Assembly: GCA_016287095.1 (NCBI GenBank)
Contig: JAEEVK010000007.1
Coordinates: 274 to 64,273, forward strand
Direction: 5' to 3'
DNA length: 64,000 nucleotides
Origin: Lachnospiraceae bacterium
GTDB taxonomy: Bacteria > Bacillota > Clostridia > Lachnospirales > Lachnospiraceae
Under the pieces are notes generated by a model. That model saw only the letters and a list, made by a program, of their open reading frames with translations, did not search any database and was not told the origin of the DNA. The position numbers and the translations under genes are program-made. Positions 1 to 10,215 of this stretch are shown here, in pieces (positions within the stretch are counted from its first letter, which is position 1; every line of letters begins with the position of its first letter).

Positions 1-825
1 CCTCTGTTCAACAAGCAGGAATACTGCGAAATGGTAAAGAAAGCGAAGAGATATATCTATGAAGGCGATATCTTCCAGATAGTCCTTTCAAACAGGCTTG
101 CGGTACCGTTTGAGGGCAGTCTCCTTAATACCTACAGGATGTTGAGAACAGTAAATCCTTCACCGTATATGTTCTATTTCTCAGGCACCGATATCGAGGT
201 AGCCGGTGCTTCACCGGAGACACTGGTAAAGCTTGAGGATGGCGTACTGCACACATTCCCGTTGGCAGGTACGAGACCGAGAGGGAAATCGGACGAAGAG
301 GATAAGCGTCTTGAAGCAGAGCTGTTAGCCGATGAAAAAGAGCTTGCCGAGCACAACATGCTTGTTGACCTTGGCAGAAATGATCTGGGTAAGATCAGTA
401 AATTCGGTACGGTAAGCGTGGAAAAACTCCACAGCATTGAGAGATTTTCACATGTTATGCATATCGGATCCACAGTCAGAGGCGAGATAAGGGATGATAA
501 GGATGCACTCGATGCCATCGAAGCGGTGCTCCCTGCAGGCACACTTTCAGGTGCACCAAAGATCAGAGCCTGCCAGCTGATAGGCGAACTCGAGAATAAC
601 AAGCGCGGCATTTACGGCGGAGCGATAGGATATATAGATTTCACCGGAAATATGGATACCTGTATAGCTATCAGGATAGCATATAAAAAGAACGGCAAAG
701 TTTTTGTAAGGAGCGGTGCCGGCATAGTAGCAGATTCTGATCCTGAGAAGGAATTCGAGGAATGTATGAATAAAGCCAAAGCATCTCTTACGGCTTTGAT
801 GTTATCAGAGGGAGTTGAGGATTAA
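1..825 (+). CDS. trpE: anthranilate synthase component I, C-terminal part (5' end lies outside window)
   Basis: Frame 1 is open from base 1, and the listed ORF 31..825 is its in-frame tail. Motifs GDIFQIVLS, NPSPYMFY, LAGTRPRG, GIYGGAIGYIDF. Stop overlaps the trpG start (TAATG). Confidence 0.9.
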   Translation, partial: PLFNKQEYCEMVKKAKRYIYEGDIFQIVLSNRLAVPFEGSLLNTYRMLRTVNPSPYMFYFSGTDIEVAGASPETLVKLEDGVLHTFPLAGTRPRGKSDEEDKRLEAELLADEKELAEHNMLVDLGRNDLGKISKFGTVSVEKLHSIERFSHVMHIGSTVRGEIRDDKDALDAIEAVLPAGTLSGAPKIRACQLIGELENNKRGIYGGAIGYIDFTGNMDTCIAIRIAYKKNGKVFVRSGAGIVADSDPEKEFEECMNKAKASLTALMLSEGVED

Positions 826-1394
826 TGATTTTACTTATAGACAATTACGACAGTTTTTCCTATAACCTTTACCAATACCTTGGTGAGCTTACAAGCGATG
901 TAAGGGTTATCAGGAATGATGAGAAAACAGTTGAAGAGATCAGGGCCATGAAGCCCAGCCACATTATTATTTCACCCGGACCGGGACGTCCTGAAAATGC
1001 CGGAGTTATCATCGATGTGGTAAAGGAGCTCGGAAAAGATATCCCGATACTCGGTGTATGTCTCGGACATCAGGCTATCTGCATGGCATTTGACGCAGTT
1101 GTAACCTATGCGTCAAAGCTTATGCATGGCAAACAGTCCATAGCAAAGCTCGACAGGACCGCACCGCTGTTTATGGATTGCAGCGAAGAAACACCTGTAG
1201 CTCGTTATCATTCATTGGCAGTAAAAAAAGAAACACTTCCAGAAGAATTAAAAGTTATTGCAGTTACAACCGATGGCGATGAGGTAATGGCAGTAATGCA
1301 TAAGAAATACCCAATATACGGAGTGCAGTTCCATCCGGAATCAATACTGACACCCGAAGGAAAGAAAATGCTCAAGAATTTCCTTGAAGACTAA
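825..1394 (+). CDS. trpG: anthranilate synthase component II (class I glutamine amidotransferase)
   Basis: LLIDNYDSFSYNL, catalytic GVCLGHQ, FHPES. Lies between trpE and trpD. Confidence 0.9.
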   Translation: MILLIDNYDSFSYNLYQYLGELTSDVRVIRNDEKTVEEIRAMKPSHIIISPGPGRPENAGVIIDVVKELGKDIPILGVCLGHQAICMAFDAVVTYASKLMHGKQSIAKLDRTAPLFMDCSEETPVARYHSLAVKKETLPEELKVIAVTTDGDEVMAVMHKKYPIYGVQFHPESILTPEGKKMLKNFLED

Positions 1395-1483
1395 TTGCAA
1401 TAGGACTGTAATATAAAATAATACTTTGTAGTAAGTGATATATTGTAAAATAGATAAATACATAGAAAGGACAGGACAACAAA

Positions 1484-2500
1484 ATGATCAAAGAAGCAAT
1501 AGTAAAAATAGTAAACAAAGAAGATTTAACCTACGATGAGGCATACTCAGTAATGAACGAAATCATGAGCGGTGAGACTTCACCTACTCAGAATGCAGCT
1601 TTCCTTGCAGCTCTTTCAACAAAGAGTGCAAGGGCAGAGACCACCGACGAGATTGCAGGCTGTGCAGCAGCTATGCGAGACCATGCTACCAAGGTTGACA
1701 CAGGTATGGATGTGCTTGAGATCGTAGGTACAGGCGGAGATAATGCAGGCAGCTTCAATATTTCCACAACCACAGCTATCATCACAGCAGCAGGCGGAGT
1801 AAAGGTTGCAAAGCACGGAAACCGTGCAGCTTCTTCAAAGAGCGGTACAGCTGACTGTCTTGAAGCATTGGGCGTAAATATCGACCAGAGTCCCGAAAAG
1901 TGTATTGAGATGCTTAAAGAAGCTGGTATGTGTTTCTTCTTTGCACAGAAATATCATACATCAATGAAATATGTCGGACCTATCAGAAAAGAGCTTGGAT
2001 TCAGGACCGTGTTCAATATCTTAGGCCCTCTGACCAACCCCGCATCACCTTCAATGCAGCTTTTAGGCGTTTATGATGAATACCTTGTAGAGCCTTTGGC
2101 ACAGGTACTCGTAAATCTTGGCATCAAGAGAGGTATGGTAGTATACGGTATGGACAAGCTGGATGAGATTTCGCTTTCAGCACCTACCAAGATCTGTGAG
2201 ATTAAGGACGGATGGTTCAAATCATTTACAATCACTCCCGAGGACTTCGGCTTTGAGAGATGCAGCAAGGATGACCTTAAGGGCGGCACACCTCAGGAAA
2301 ATGCAAAGATTACTCTTGATATCCTTGAAGGTGCAAAAGGACATAAGAGAAACGCAGTACTCCTTAATGCCGGAGCAGCACTCTATATTGCCGGTAAAGC
2401 AGAGAGCTTCAAGGACGGTATCGAACTTGCAAAAGAACTCATCGACAGCGGTAAGGCAAAGAAGACATTAGAGAAGATGATTGAGGTCAGCAATCGCTAA
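1484..2500 (+). CDS. trpD: anthranilate phosphoribosyltransferase
   Basis: [17 protein letters not shown] and [12 protein letters not shown] motifs. RBS-like aaaggacagg upstream. Confidence 0.92.
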   Translation: MIKEAIVKIVNKEDLTYDEAYSVMNEIMSGETSPTQNAAFLAALSTKSARAETTDEIAGCAAAMRDHATKVDTGMDVLEIVGTGGDNAGSFNISTTTAIITAAGGVKVAKHGNRAASSKSGTADCLEALGVNIDQSPEKCIEMLKEAGMCFFFAQKYHTSMKYVGPIRKELGFRTVFNILGPLTNPASPSMQLLGVYDEYLVEPLAQVLVNLGIKRGMVVYGMDKLDEISLSAPTKICEIKDGWFKSFTITPEDFGFERCSKDDLKGGTPQENAKITLDILEGAKGHKRNAVLLNAGAALYIAGKAESFKDGIELAKELIDSGKAKKTLEKMIEVSNR

Positions 2501-2532
2501 ATTATTATAAAATATTTAAAGGATTAACAATA

Positions 2533-3327
2533 GTGAATATACTTGAAGAAATCGCCGCCTACGCTAAGATTAGGGTGGAAGAAGCAAAAAAGCAGATAAG
2601 TACTGAGGAACTAAAAGAAAAAGCATTAAGTATGCCCAAGGGTGATTTTGCATTTGAAAAAGCCTTATCAAAACAAGGTCTTTCATTCATCTGTGAATGT
2701 AAAAAAGCATCCCCTTCAAAAGGCCTGATAGCGGAGAATTTCCCTTACCTTGAAATCGCAAAGGAATACGAGGCAGCAGGAGCCGATGCTATTTCAGTCC
2801 TCACCGAGCCCAAGTGGTTTTTAGGCAAAAACGAGTATTTAAAGGAAATAGCAGTATCAGTTGATATCCCGATCATCAGAAAAGATTTCACTGTCGACGA
2901 ATACATGATATATGAGGCTAAAATCCTCGGTGCGTCTGCGGTGCTTTTGATAGTTTCTATTCTTAGCAGCGAACAGATAAAAAAATACATAGAAATATGT
3001 GATACATTAGGCCTTTCAGCACTTGTTGAATGCCATGATGAAAAAGAAATCGATGTAGCAATTGAGTGCGGAGCCAGGATTATCGGTGTAAATAACAGAA
3101 ATCTTAAGGACTTCAGTGTAGATATAGAACTGGCAAAAGCCCTTAGAAACAGAGTGCCCGAAGGCATCGTCTTTGTATCCGAGAGCGGAGTAAAAGATAT
3201 AAATGATATCAAGCGTGTAAAAGAAATGGGAGCTGATGCGGTACTCATCGGTGAAGCTTTGATGCGTGCAGAAAACAAAGCAGAGATGTTAAGAACATTC
3301 CATGAAGTTCCCGGCAAGTGTCTTTAA
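2533..3327 (+). CDS. trpC: indole-3-glycerol phosphate synthase
   Basis: ECKKASPSKG, LTEPKWF, IGVNNRNL motifs. GTG start after aaagga. Confidence 0.9.
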   Translation: MNILEEIAAYAKIRVEEAKKQISTEELKEKALSMPKGDFAFEKALSKQGLSFICECKKASPSKGLIAENFPYLEIAKEYEAAGADAISVLTEPKWFLGKNEYLKEIAVSVDIPIIRKDFTVDEYMIYEAKILGASAVLLIVSILSSEQIKKYIEICDTLGLSALVECHDEKEIDVAIECGARIIGVNNRNLKDFSVDIELAKALRNRVPEGIVFVSESGVKDINDIKRVKEMGADAVLIGEALMRAENKAEMLRTFHEVPGKCL

Positions 3328-3383
3328 GCGAAGGATTAAAAAATATCTTAAGTCTGAATAAAAAAAGTAATTGAAGAAAAAAT

Positions 3384-4064
3384 ATGACAAAAATTAAATT
3401 ATGTGGTCTTAGAAGAATTGAGGATATTGAGACAGTAAATATTCTTAAGCCCGATTATATAGGCTTTGTGTTTGCTCCTAAAAGCAAAAGATACATCACA
3501 CCTGACGAAGCTGCCAAACTAAAAAAATTACTTAATGGAAATACCACTAAATTAATTAAGGCAGTAGGAGTATTTGTGGACGAAGATGTTGAAAAGGTAG
3601 CTGAACTTCTTAATACCGGAGTGATTGATATAGCACAGCTTCACGGAAATGAAGATGAGAATTATATCAGGGAGCTAAGTAGTCTAATAACAAAAAAAAC
3701 TTCAGATGAACAAAAGAATGCATCCATAGATAATCCTGGTGAAAATAAAGATAACAAATATGAAGGCTGTATTATAAAAGCCTTCAAGATCAAAACAAAG
3801 GAAGACCTGGAAAAAGCAAAATCGTCTACTGCAGACTATATCTTACTTGATGCCGGTGCAGGAGATGGGATGAGATTCAACTGGGATTTATTACAAGGCT
3901 TTGACAGACCGTATTTCTTAGCAGGCGGACTTGATCCGGAAAACGTTAAAGAAGCGATCACAAAGCTCCATCCATACGGAGTAGATGTAAGCTCAGGCAT
4001 AGAAATCGATGGGTATAAAGACCCTATAAAAATGGGAAAATTTGTTTATAACGTGAGAAATTAA
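3384..4064 (+). CDS. trpF: phosphoribosylanthranilate isomerase (with ~30-aa low-complexity insertion)
   Basis: KLCGL, GFVFAPKS, QLHGNE, FLAGGL motifs. Operon position after trpC. Confidence 0.85.
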   Translation: MTKIKLCGLRRIEDIETVNILKPDYIGFVFAPKSKRYITPDEAAKLKKLLNGNTTKLIKAVGVFVDEDVEKVAELLNTGVIDIAQLHGNEDENYIRELSSLITKKTSDEQKNASIDNPGENKDNKYEGCIIKAFKIKTKEDLEKAKSSTADYILLDAGAGDGMRFNWDLLQGFDRPYFLAGGLDPENVKEAITKLHPYGVDVSSGIEIDGYKDPIKMGKFVYNVRN

Positions 4065-4095
4065 ACTCCACATAATTATCATAAGGAAAACAATA

Positions 4096-5226
4096 ATGGA
4101 AAATCAGAAAACCAAAATAGATCAGATCGATGAAGAAATAATCAAGCTCTTAGCTGAAAGAGTAAAGGTGCTTGACGAAGAAAGCGAAAATAAAAAATCA
4201 CAGCTCCCCATAGAATCACTTCGTGAGAGAAAAGCAAAGATAATGGCTATGGCAGAGCAGTATCCTGAAGAGATCAGAAACTACATCCCCGTAGTAGTAA
4301 ATCTACTTAACGAGATGAAGGGGACCAAGGCCGGGAGCATTGGTGAAAAAGGCACCCTGGCAGGAAAGGTTGAAAGGTCTAAAAACGAGACAAACAAGCT
4401 TTTCCCTGATTTTGTGACTGTAGCTTGTCAGGGTACGGAGGGTGCAAATTCACAGATAGCATGTGACAGGATTTTCCGCAATTCCAATATCATGTTCTTT
4501 GACAGGTTCGGTGCGGTATTCTCCGCCATCGAAAAGGGCCTTTGTAAATACGGTGTGATTCCTGTAGAAAACAGTTATGCCGGTACCGTAAACACAGTAT
4601 ATGACCTGATGATGAAGCACAATTTCTATATTGTTCGTAGTATCAGGCTGAAGATTACCCATCACCTTTTGGCAAAGCCGGGTACAAAGATGGAGGATGT
4701 AAAAGAAATCTATTCCCACGAGCAGGCTATCAGCCAGTGCTCAGAATACTTAAGCACCTTAAAGGGAGTAAAGATCATTCCCTTCGAAAATACAGCTAAG
4801 GCTGCTAAAATGGTGGCAGAATCCGACAGAAACGATATCGCTGCACTTGCATCCGAACTCTGTGTAAAATACTACGGATTAAAGACCTTAGCCGGCTCAG
4901 TACAGAACAGGGACAATAACTATACCAGATTTATCTGTATTTCAAAAGACCTCGAAATCTATCCCGGAGCAGACAGGACGAGTTTGATGCTGGTTCTTCC
5001 TCATGAATACGGTTCACTTTACAAGGTGCTTTCCAAATTCCATATGCTGGGCATCAACCTGCTAAAACTCGAAAGCCGTCCTTTGCCTAACAAGGAGTTC
5101 GAATTCATGTTCTACTTTGATATAGAAATACCTGCAGACAGTCCTAAACTGCTTCAGCTCTTGAACGAACTTGATGAGGTATGTGACTCATTTACATATC
5201 TTGGAAGCTATCATGAGATTATCTAA
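4096..5226 (+). CDS. pheA: bifunctional chorismate mutase / prephenate dehydratase
   Basis: N-terminal helical CM-like region (IDQIDEEIIKLLAERVKV), PDT core (VACQGTEGANS, SHEQAISQC), C-terminal ACT with LKLESRP. Confidence 0.85.
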   Translation: MENQKTKIDQIDEEIIKLLAERVKVLDEESENKKSQLPIESLRERKAKIMAMAEQYPEEIRNYIPVVVNLLNEMKGTKAGSIGEKGTLAGKVERSKNETNKLFPDFVTVACQGTEGANSQIACDRIFRNSNIMFFDRFGAVFSAIEKGLCKYGVIPVENSYAGTVNTVYDLMMKHNFYIVRSIRLKITHHLLAKPGTKMEDVKEIYSHEQAISQCSEYLSTLKGVKIIPFENTAKAAKMVAESDRNDIAALASELCVKYYGLKTLAGSVQNRDNNYTRFICISKDLEIYPGADRTSLMLVLPHEYGSLYKVLSKFHMLGINLLKLESRPLPNKEFEFMFYFDIEIPADSPKLLQLLNELDEVCDSFTYLGSYHEII

Positions 5227-5235
5227 CAAAAAGAA

Positions 5236-5279
5236 GATATCCCTCATCTCTAAGCGAAGGTGGGGGATATCATTTTTTT
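5236..5279 (+). terminator. intrinsic terminator after pheA
   Basis: Stem gatatccctca / tgggggatatc (one G-U) followed by T7. Confidence 0.8.
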
Positions 5280-5390
5280 CTTGTTTTATACGCATAAAAT
5301 GATATAATAGTATCATCGTTTTAAGAAGAGTGAAAGACTGAGGGAGATATGAGGCACAGAATCATACCTGGCTCAGAAAAGAGGTAATAC

Positions 5391-6065
5391 ATGGGATACA
5401 AAATCATGATAGTCGAGGACGATTTTTCTTTAGCTTCGGCTATGAAGGAACAGATAGAAGCCTGGGGATATGAGGTTAATACCATAAAGAATTTTCAGAA
5501 GGTAAAAGAAGAGTTTGTGGAGGCCAATCCGCATCTTGTACTTCTCGATATTTCGCTTCCGTTTTTTAACGGGTATTATTGGTGCACGGAAATCAGGAAG
5601 ATTTCAAATGTCCCGATCGTATTTATATCTTCCACGGCTGAGAATATGAACATTGTAATGGCCATGAACATGGGTGGAGATGACTTTATCTCTAAACCGG
5701 TGGATCTGGGAGTGCTCACTGCAAAAATCCAGGCTATTTTCAGACGTGCCTACAATATGAATATAGCACCGTCAGTACTTGAACATAAAGGAGCAGCCTT
5801 AAATCTAAACGACGGTACCTTGGATTTTGATGGAAAACAGATTGAACTGACAAAAAACGAGTTTAAGATACTGCATACCCTGATGGAGAAAAAAGGCAGC
5901 ATAGTCAGTCGTGAACAGCTTATGCAGAAACTCTGGCAGGATGACTGCTATGTAGAGGAAAATACATTAACGGTAAATGTGACACGTCTCAGAAAAAAAC
6001 TGGAGGCAGCAGGATTAAAAGACTATATTGTAACTAAGGTCGGCATGGGGTATATCATTCAGTAG
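5391..6065 (+). CDS. OmpR-family response regulator (BceR-like)
   Basis: Receiver domain (IMIVEDD, LVLLDISLP) plus winged-helix output (LTKNEFKIL, GMGYII). Adjacent to a BceS-like kinase and BceAB-like ABC. Confidence 0.9.
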   Translation: MGYKIMIVEDDFSLASAMKEQIEAWGYEVNTIKNFQKVKEEFVEANPHLVLLDISLPFFNGYYWCTEIRKISNVPIVFISSTAENMNIVMAMNMGGDDFISKPVDLGVLTAKIQAIFRRAYNMNIAPSVLEHKGAALNLNDGTLDFDGKQIELTKNEFKILHTLMEKKGSIVSREQLMQKLWQDDCYVEENTLTVNVTRLRKKLEAAGLKDYIVTKVGMGYIIQ

Positions 6066-6083
6066 TTTAGAGAGGCTAATAAG

Positions 6084-7097
6084 ATGAGCACGCCGGAAAG
6101 CAAAACAAATATCATTAAGGAATATATAAAGTACAAGGCAGGTGCGATAGCAGCGATCATTACCTGCAATCTTGTCATGCTTTCGGTTTTCATACTGTAT
6201 GATCTGGATGTTGCTCCGTTCTTTTATGCACTCCTCATAAATGCAATAATCCTTATAGTATTTATAATAATCTCATTCGTAAAATTCTATAATTCGCATA
6301 AAATCAGAAAAAAAATATTGGAGTCTGCATTAAATGAGGGACTTGAACTGGCCGAAGCAGAATATTTAGCGGATAAGGATTATCATGAGATAATTTCTCT
6401 GCTTAACAGCAGGTGCAATGAACTTAGCAACAGGTTAAATTCAGACATCCAGGACAGCAATGACTATTATACCATATGGGTTCATCAGATAAAGACTCCG
6501 ATTTCCGTCCTTTCCATGCTGCTGAAGGACGATACTGCGAAAGACAGGCAGTGCCGGGATGAACTTTTTAAGATAGAGCAGTATGTCGATATGGTTCTTA
6601 ATTACTTAAGACTTGGCAGTGAGACAAACGATCTGGTATTGAAAGAACAGGATCTGGATAAGCTGATAAAGGGAAGCATCAGAAAATATGCCGCACTTTT
6701 TATAAACAGAAAGCTTTCTATCAGTTATGAACCGGTGAACATTAAACTGGTAACCGATGAAAAATGGTTTAGCTTTATATTGGAGCAGCTGCTTTCAAAT
6801 GCCGTAAAATATACAATGACGGGCGGCATTACCATAAAAGCGGTGCCCGGAGAAGTTTCAATAACGGATACAGGGATTGGCATAGCTCCGGAGGATGTAC
6901 CCAGAATATTTGAAAAAGGATATACCGGCTTTAACGGCAGAAGCGGCAGAAAATCCTCGGGCCTTGGCCTTTATTTGTGCTCTTTGGCAGCAAAGAAACT
7001 TTCACTGGAGCTTTCAGTGGATTCAGAACCGGGAGTGGGAAGTACATTCAGGATAAAGTATGTTCCGGATAACGCTTCCCAAATTTTTAACGACTGA
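6084..7097 (+). CDS. intramembrane-sensing histidine kinase (BceS-like)
   Basis: Two N-terminal TM helices with almost no external loop, H-box VHQIKTPIS, N/G boxes (LLSNAVKY, DTGIGI, GLGLYL). Confidence 0.88.
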   Translation: MSTPESKTNIIKEYIKYKAGAIAAIITCNLVMLSVFILYDLDVAPFFYALLINAIILIVFIIISFVKFYNSHKIRKKILESALNEGLELAEAEYLADKDYHEIISLLNSRCNELSNRLNSDIQDSNDYYTIWVHQIKTPISVLSMLLKDDTAKDRQCRDELFKIEQYVDMVLNYLRLGSETNDLVLKEQDLDKLIKGSIRKYAALFINRKLSISYEPVNIKLVTDEKWFSFILEQLLSNAVKYTMTGGITIKAVPGEVSITDTGIGIAPEDVPRIFEKGYTGFNGRSGRKSSGLGLYLCSLAAKKLSLELSVDSEPGVGSTFRIKYVPDNASQIFND

Positions 7098-7115
7098 TCC
7101 CATACCTTACATTTT

Positions 7116-7144
7116 TGTCACATATAAAAGCTGAAATGTCACAT
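7116..7144 (+). promoter_or_regulatory. direct repeat TGTCACAT x2 (21-bp period), candidate response-regulator site upstream of the ABC operon
   Basis: TGTCACAT at 7116..7123 and 7137..7144. TATAAT at 7175..7180 without a good -35. Confidence 0.35.
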
Positions 7145-7173
7145 GAATCGATTTTGGCATTTCAGCTTTTGTT
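7127..7173 (+). terminator. intrinsic terminator after the kinase gene
   Basis: Perfect 12-bp stem aaagctgaaatg / catttcagcttt followed by a T-rich run. Confidence 0.7.
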
Positions 7174-7208
7174 ATATAATCTTTGTCAGATAAAAAAAGA
7201 AAGCGAGA

Positions 7209-7970
7209 ATGATCATGACTATCTTAGAAGTAAAAGGAGTACAGAAAATCTATACTACACGTTTCGGAGGGAATCAGGTAAAAGCACTTGAAAACGTAAA
7301 CTTTTCAGTAGAAGCCGGTGAATATGTGGCTATCATGGGAGAGTCCGGCAGCGGAAAAACCACATTACTAAATATTTTAGCATCTCTGGACAGACCGACA
7401 AAGGGAAGCATAATGCTGGACGGTATGGAGCTTACATCTGTAAAGGAAGGAGAAATGGCGGCGTTCAGAAGGAAAAATCTTGGTTTTGTATTTCAGGAAT
7501 TTAACCTGCTTGATACATTTTCCATTAAGGACAATATCCTTTTGCCTCTTGTACTCGACAAACAGAATGTAAAAGAGATGATGGAGAAGGTAGAAAAGGT
7601 AGCGGCTTCACTTGGAATTAGCGACATCCTTGAAAAATATCCGTATGAAGTATCGGGCGGACAGAAGCAGCGTGCGGCAGCAGCCCGGGCGATCATAACA
7701 GAACCTAAGCTTCTTCTGGCGGATGAACCTACAGGAGCGCTTGATTCAAAATCAACGGACGGAATGCTTAAGATTTTTTCAGAGATAAATGAAAAAGGTC
7801 AAACCATACTTATGGTAACCCATTCAACAAAGGCAGCCAGTCATGCAAAACGTGTTCTTTTCATAAAAGACGGTGAAGTATATCACCAGCTTTATCGCGG
7901 AGACTCAAGCGTAGAGGGCTTTTACGAAAAAATAGCGGATACCCTTACCGTATTTTCAAAGGGTAATTAA
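7209..7970 (+). CDS. ABC transporter ATP-binding protein (BceA/MacB-type)
   Basis: Walker A GESGSGKTT, signature SGGQKQR, Walker B LLLADEPTGALD. Confidence 0.9.
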   Translation: MIMTILEVKGVQKIYTTRFGGNQVKALENVNFSVEAGEYVAIMGESGSGKTTLLNILASLDRPTKGSIMLDGMELTSVKEGEMAAFRRKNLGFVFQEFNLLDTFSIKDNILLPLVLDKQNVKEMMEKVEKVAASLGISDILEKYPYEVSGGQKQRAAAARAIITEPKLLLADEPTGALDSKSTDGMLKIFSEINEKGQTILMVTHSTKAASHAKRVLFIKDGEVYHQLYRGDSSVEGFYEKIADTLTVFSKGN

Positions 7971-8001
7971 GTGCATCGAAAAAGTTTGAGGATATAGGAA
8001 A

Positions 8002-10122
8002 ATGAAAAACTTTTATATTAAAACCGCAATCACCAATTTAAAGAAAAACGCAAGACTGTACATACCCCAGATTATATCCGGAGCCGTAATGTTCAGCATC
8101 TTTTATATAATGCTAGCCCTGACTACGGAGGATACTCTGCTTAGAGCAAGAGGGGCAAGATATATACCCACATTCATGAGTATCGGCTGTATAATCATTG
8201 TATTGCTTTCAATAGTCATGGCCTTTTATTCAAACGGCTTTTTGATGAAGCAGAGAAGAAGGGAATACGGCCTTTACAATGTTCTGGGGCTGGAGAAAAA
8301 GCATGTGATCCTTATAATGTTTATAGAAAATATGTTTTCTTTCTTAGGTCAGCTGTTGATCGGGTCAGTTATCGGAATATGTTTTTACAGACTGAGTACT
8401 CTGGTAATTTCAAAAATAATTAAAATAAACGCTCTGGCTGATTCTGAATTTTTTAGTCCTATAGAACTTTTAGTTTCAATAATAGTGTTTGGGTTCATTT
8501 TCGTGCTGACACTCATCTACAATGTGGTATCGGTATTAAGATTAAATCCGGTAGATCTTTTAAAATCTTCGTCAACAGGAGAAAAAGAACCAAAGGTTAA
8601 ATGGCTGTTGTTTGTACTTGGAATACTCTGCCTGAGTGTTGGTTATGTTATGGCCCTTATCATAGAGTCACCGGTAACGGCAACGTTGGCTTTCTTTGCT
8701 GCTGTAATTCTTGTAATATTCGGTACATATTTCCTGTTCACAGCAGGCAGTATATTTGTTCTTAAGGTCTTAAAAAAGAATAAGAAATACTATTACAGAC
8801 CTGATCATATGATATCTGTTTCAGGAATGCTTTACAGGATGAAGCAGAATGCCGCCGGACTTGCCTCGATAGCATTACTTGCGACAGGAGTGCTTATAAT
8901 GATCTCTACAACGGTGGCTATGTATGGTGGTGTTGAAAAATCCATAGAACAGCAGTATCCTCAGGATGTATATTTTAAGGTATATATTTTTCAACGTAAG
9001 CCTGAAGGAGAGCATAAAAAAATCTCCTATGATGAAGCGGAAAGCTTTTTTAGAAAAAGTGCAGATGAGGCCGGCCTTAATGTAACGATGTTTACGGAAG
9101 AAAAGTTCTTTGAAACCGGTTATATTCTGGATGGCAACGAACTGAAATGTGAGATGTCCAATCCTGATACTTCCACATTTTATGAATCGGGGCTAAGTGA
9201 TCCGAGAGTTAAGTGCATCACATTTTTGGATACTGAATGCTATAATAATCTTACCGGAAACAAGCTGGAATTAAGTAATGATGAAATGGCTTTAGGAAGC
9301 TTGGGCTCAGGTTCATGGAATCCCGAAAGTATTAAAATAGCAGATATGGAACTTAAGAGTAAAGAAACTATAGAAAATCCTCCGATAAGTTCTGAAGTTG
9401 CTTCGGTTGTGGAATGCTATTTAATGGTGGTAAATGAAGAAAATTTTGAAAAAATCTTCAAGGACCAGGAAGAAAAATATGGAAAGGGAATAGGAGATGA
9501 GGATTACAACGGTACAAGAAAGGCTGTTGATCAGGTAACGGATAAATTGGAAGGAAGCAGGAATTATGCTTCACAAATGACAATAAGGTTTGCTGCAAAC
9601 GTCGAAGGACCTGAAGAAAATATAAGTGAGCTTTATAGGATATTTGTTGATAAAGTAAGTGCCATCACTGATGATGATTATTATACGAATGTAAACTGGA
9701 GCTCAGCTGTAGGCATGAGAGGGGATCTTTATGATATGAACGGAAGCCTTATGTTCTTAGGCATGCTTCTGTCGTTAGTCTGCCTGATATCAACAGCGAT
9801 CATCATTTACTATAAACAGATATCCGAAGGTTATGAGGACAGAAATAATTTCCAGATAATGCAGAAAGTCGGTCTGACAAAGGAAGAAATAAAGAAGACC
9901 ATCGGAAACCAGATACTTACCGTATTCTTTCTGCCACTGATCATTGCAGGCATCCATACCATCGTAGCATATCCGATGGTGAAAAATATTATGAAGCTGT
10001 TCGCTATGGCCAGTGAACAGATGCTGCTTAGCTGCATAGGCATTGTATTTGCTATATTTGCTCTTGTGTATGTCGTAATATACAGGATTACCGCTAAGAC
10101 ATATTATAAGATTGTTAAATAG
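8002..10122 (+). CDS. FtsX-family ABC permease with large extracellular domain (BceB-like)
   Basis: About 10 hydrophobic segments with a ~230-aa soluble insert between them. Follows the BceA-like ATPase. Confidence 0.88.
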   Translation: MKNFYIKTAITNLKKNARLYIPQIISGAVMFSIFYIMLALTTEDTLLRARGARYIPTFMSIGCIIIVLLSIVMAFYSNGFLMKQRRREYGLYNVLGLEKKHVILIMFIENMFSFLGQLLIGSVIGICFYRLSTLVISKIIKINALADSEFFSPIELLVSIIVFGFIFVLTLIYNVVSVLRLNPVDLLKSSSTGEKEPKVKWLLFVLGILCLSVGYVMALIIESPVTATLAFFAAVILVIFGTYFLFTAGSIFVLKVLKKNKKYYYRPDHMISVSGMLYRMKQNAAGLASIALLATGVLIMISTTVAMYGGVEKSIEQQYPQDVYFKVYIFQRKPEGEHKKISYDEAESFFRKSADEAGLNVTMFTEEKFFETGYILDGNELKCEMSNPDTSTFYESGLSDPRVKCITFLDTECYNNLTGNKLELSNDEMALGSLGSGSWNPESIKIADMELKSKETIENPPISSEVASVVECYLMVVNEENFEKIFKDQEEKYGKGIGDEDYNGTRKAVDQVTDKLEGSRNYASQMTIRFAANVEGPEENISELYRIFVDKVSAITDDDYYTNVNWSSAVGMRGDLYDMNGSLMFLGMLLSLVCLISTAIIIYYKQISEGYEDRNNFQIMQKVGLTKEEIKKTIGNQILTVFFLPLIIAGIHTIVAYPMVKNIMKLFAMASEQMLLSCIGIVFAIFALVYVVIYRITAKTYYKIVK

Positions 10123-10168
10123 TCTGACAACTATAAAAGATTTTTGGATATTCTGATTGAAAAAATCC

Positions 10169-10196
10169 TTGACATTTTATCTATAAAGTGTATACT
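10169..10196 (+). promoter_or_regulatory. sigma-A type promoter of pyrG leader
   Basis: TTGACA (10169..10174), 16-nt spacer, TATACT (10191..10196), A-tract upstream. Confidence 0.6.
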
Positions 10197-10215
10197 TTAC
10201 TTCGTAGGAAGCAAA

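Noticed and set aside
174-611. Antisense ORFs overlapping well-supported genes (for example 174..611, 2745..3317, 10860..11183, 16572..17078, 28318..28758, 48795..49136 and 52898..53353)
   Set aside because: They lie opposite strongly conserved coding frames and lack an RBS. Their low-complexity Ser/Pro-rich translations are typical of reverse-frame artefacts.
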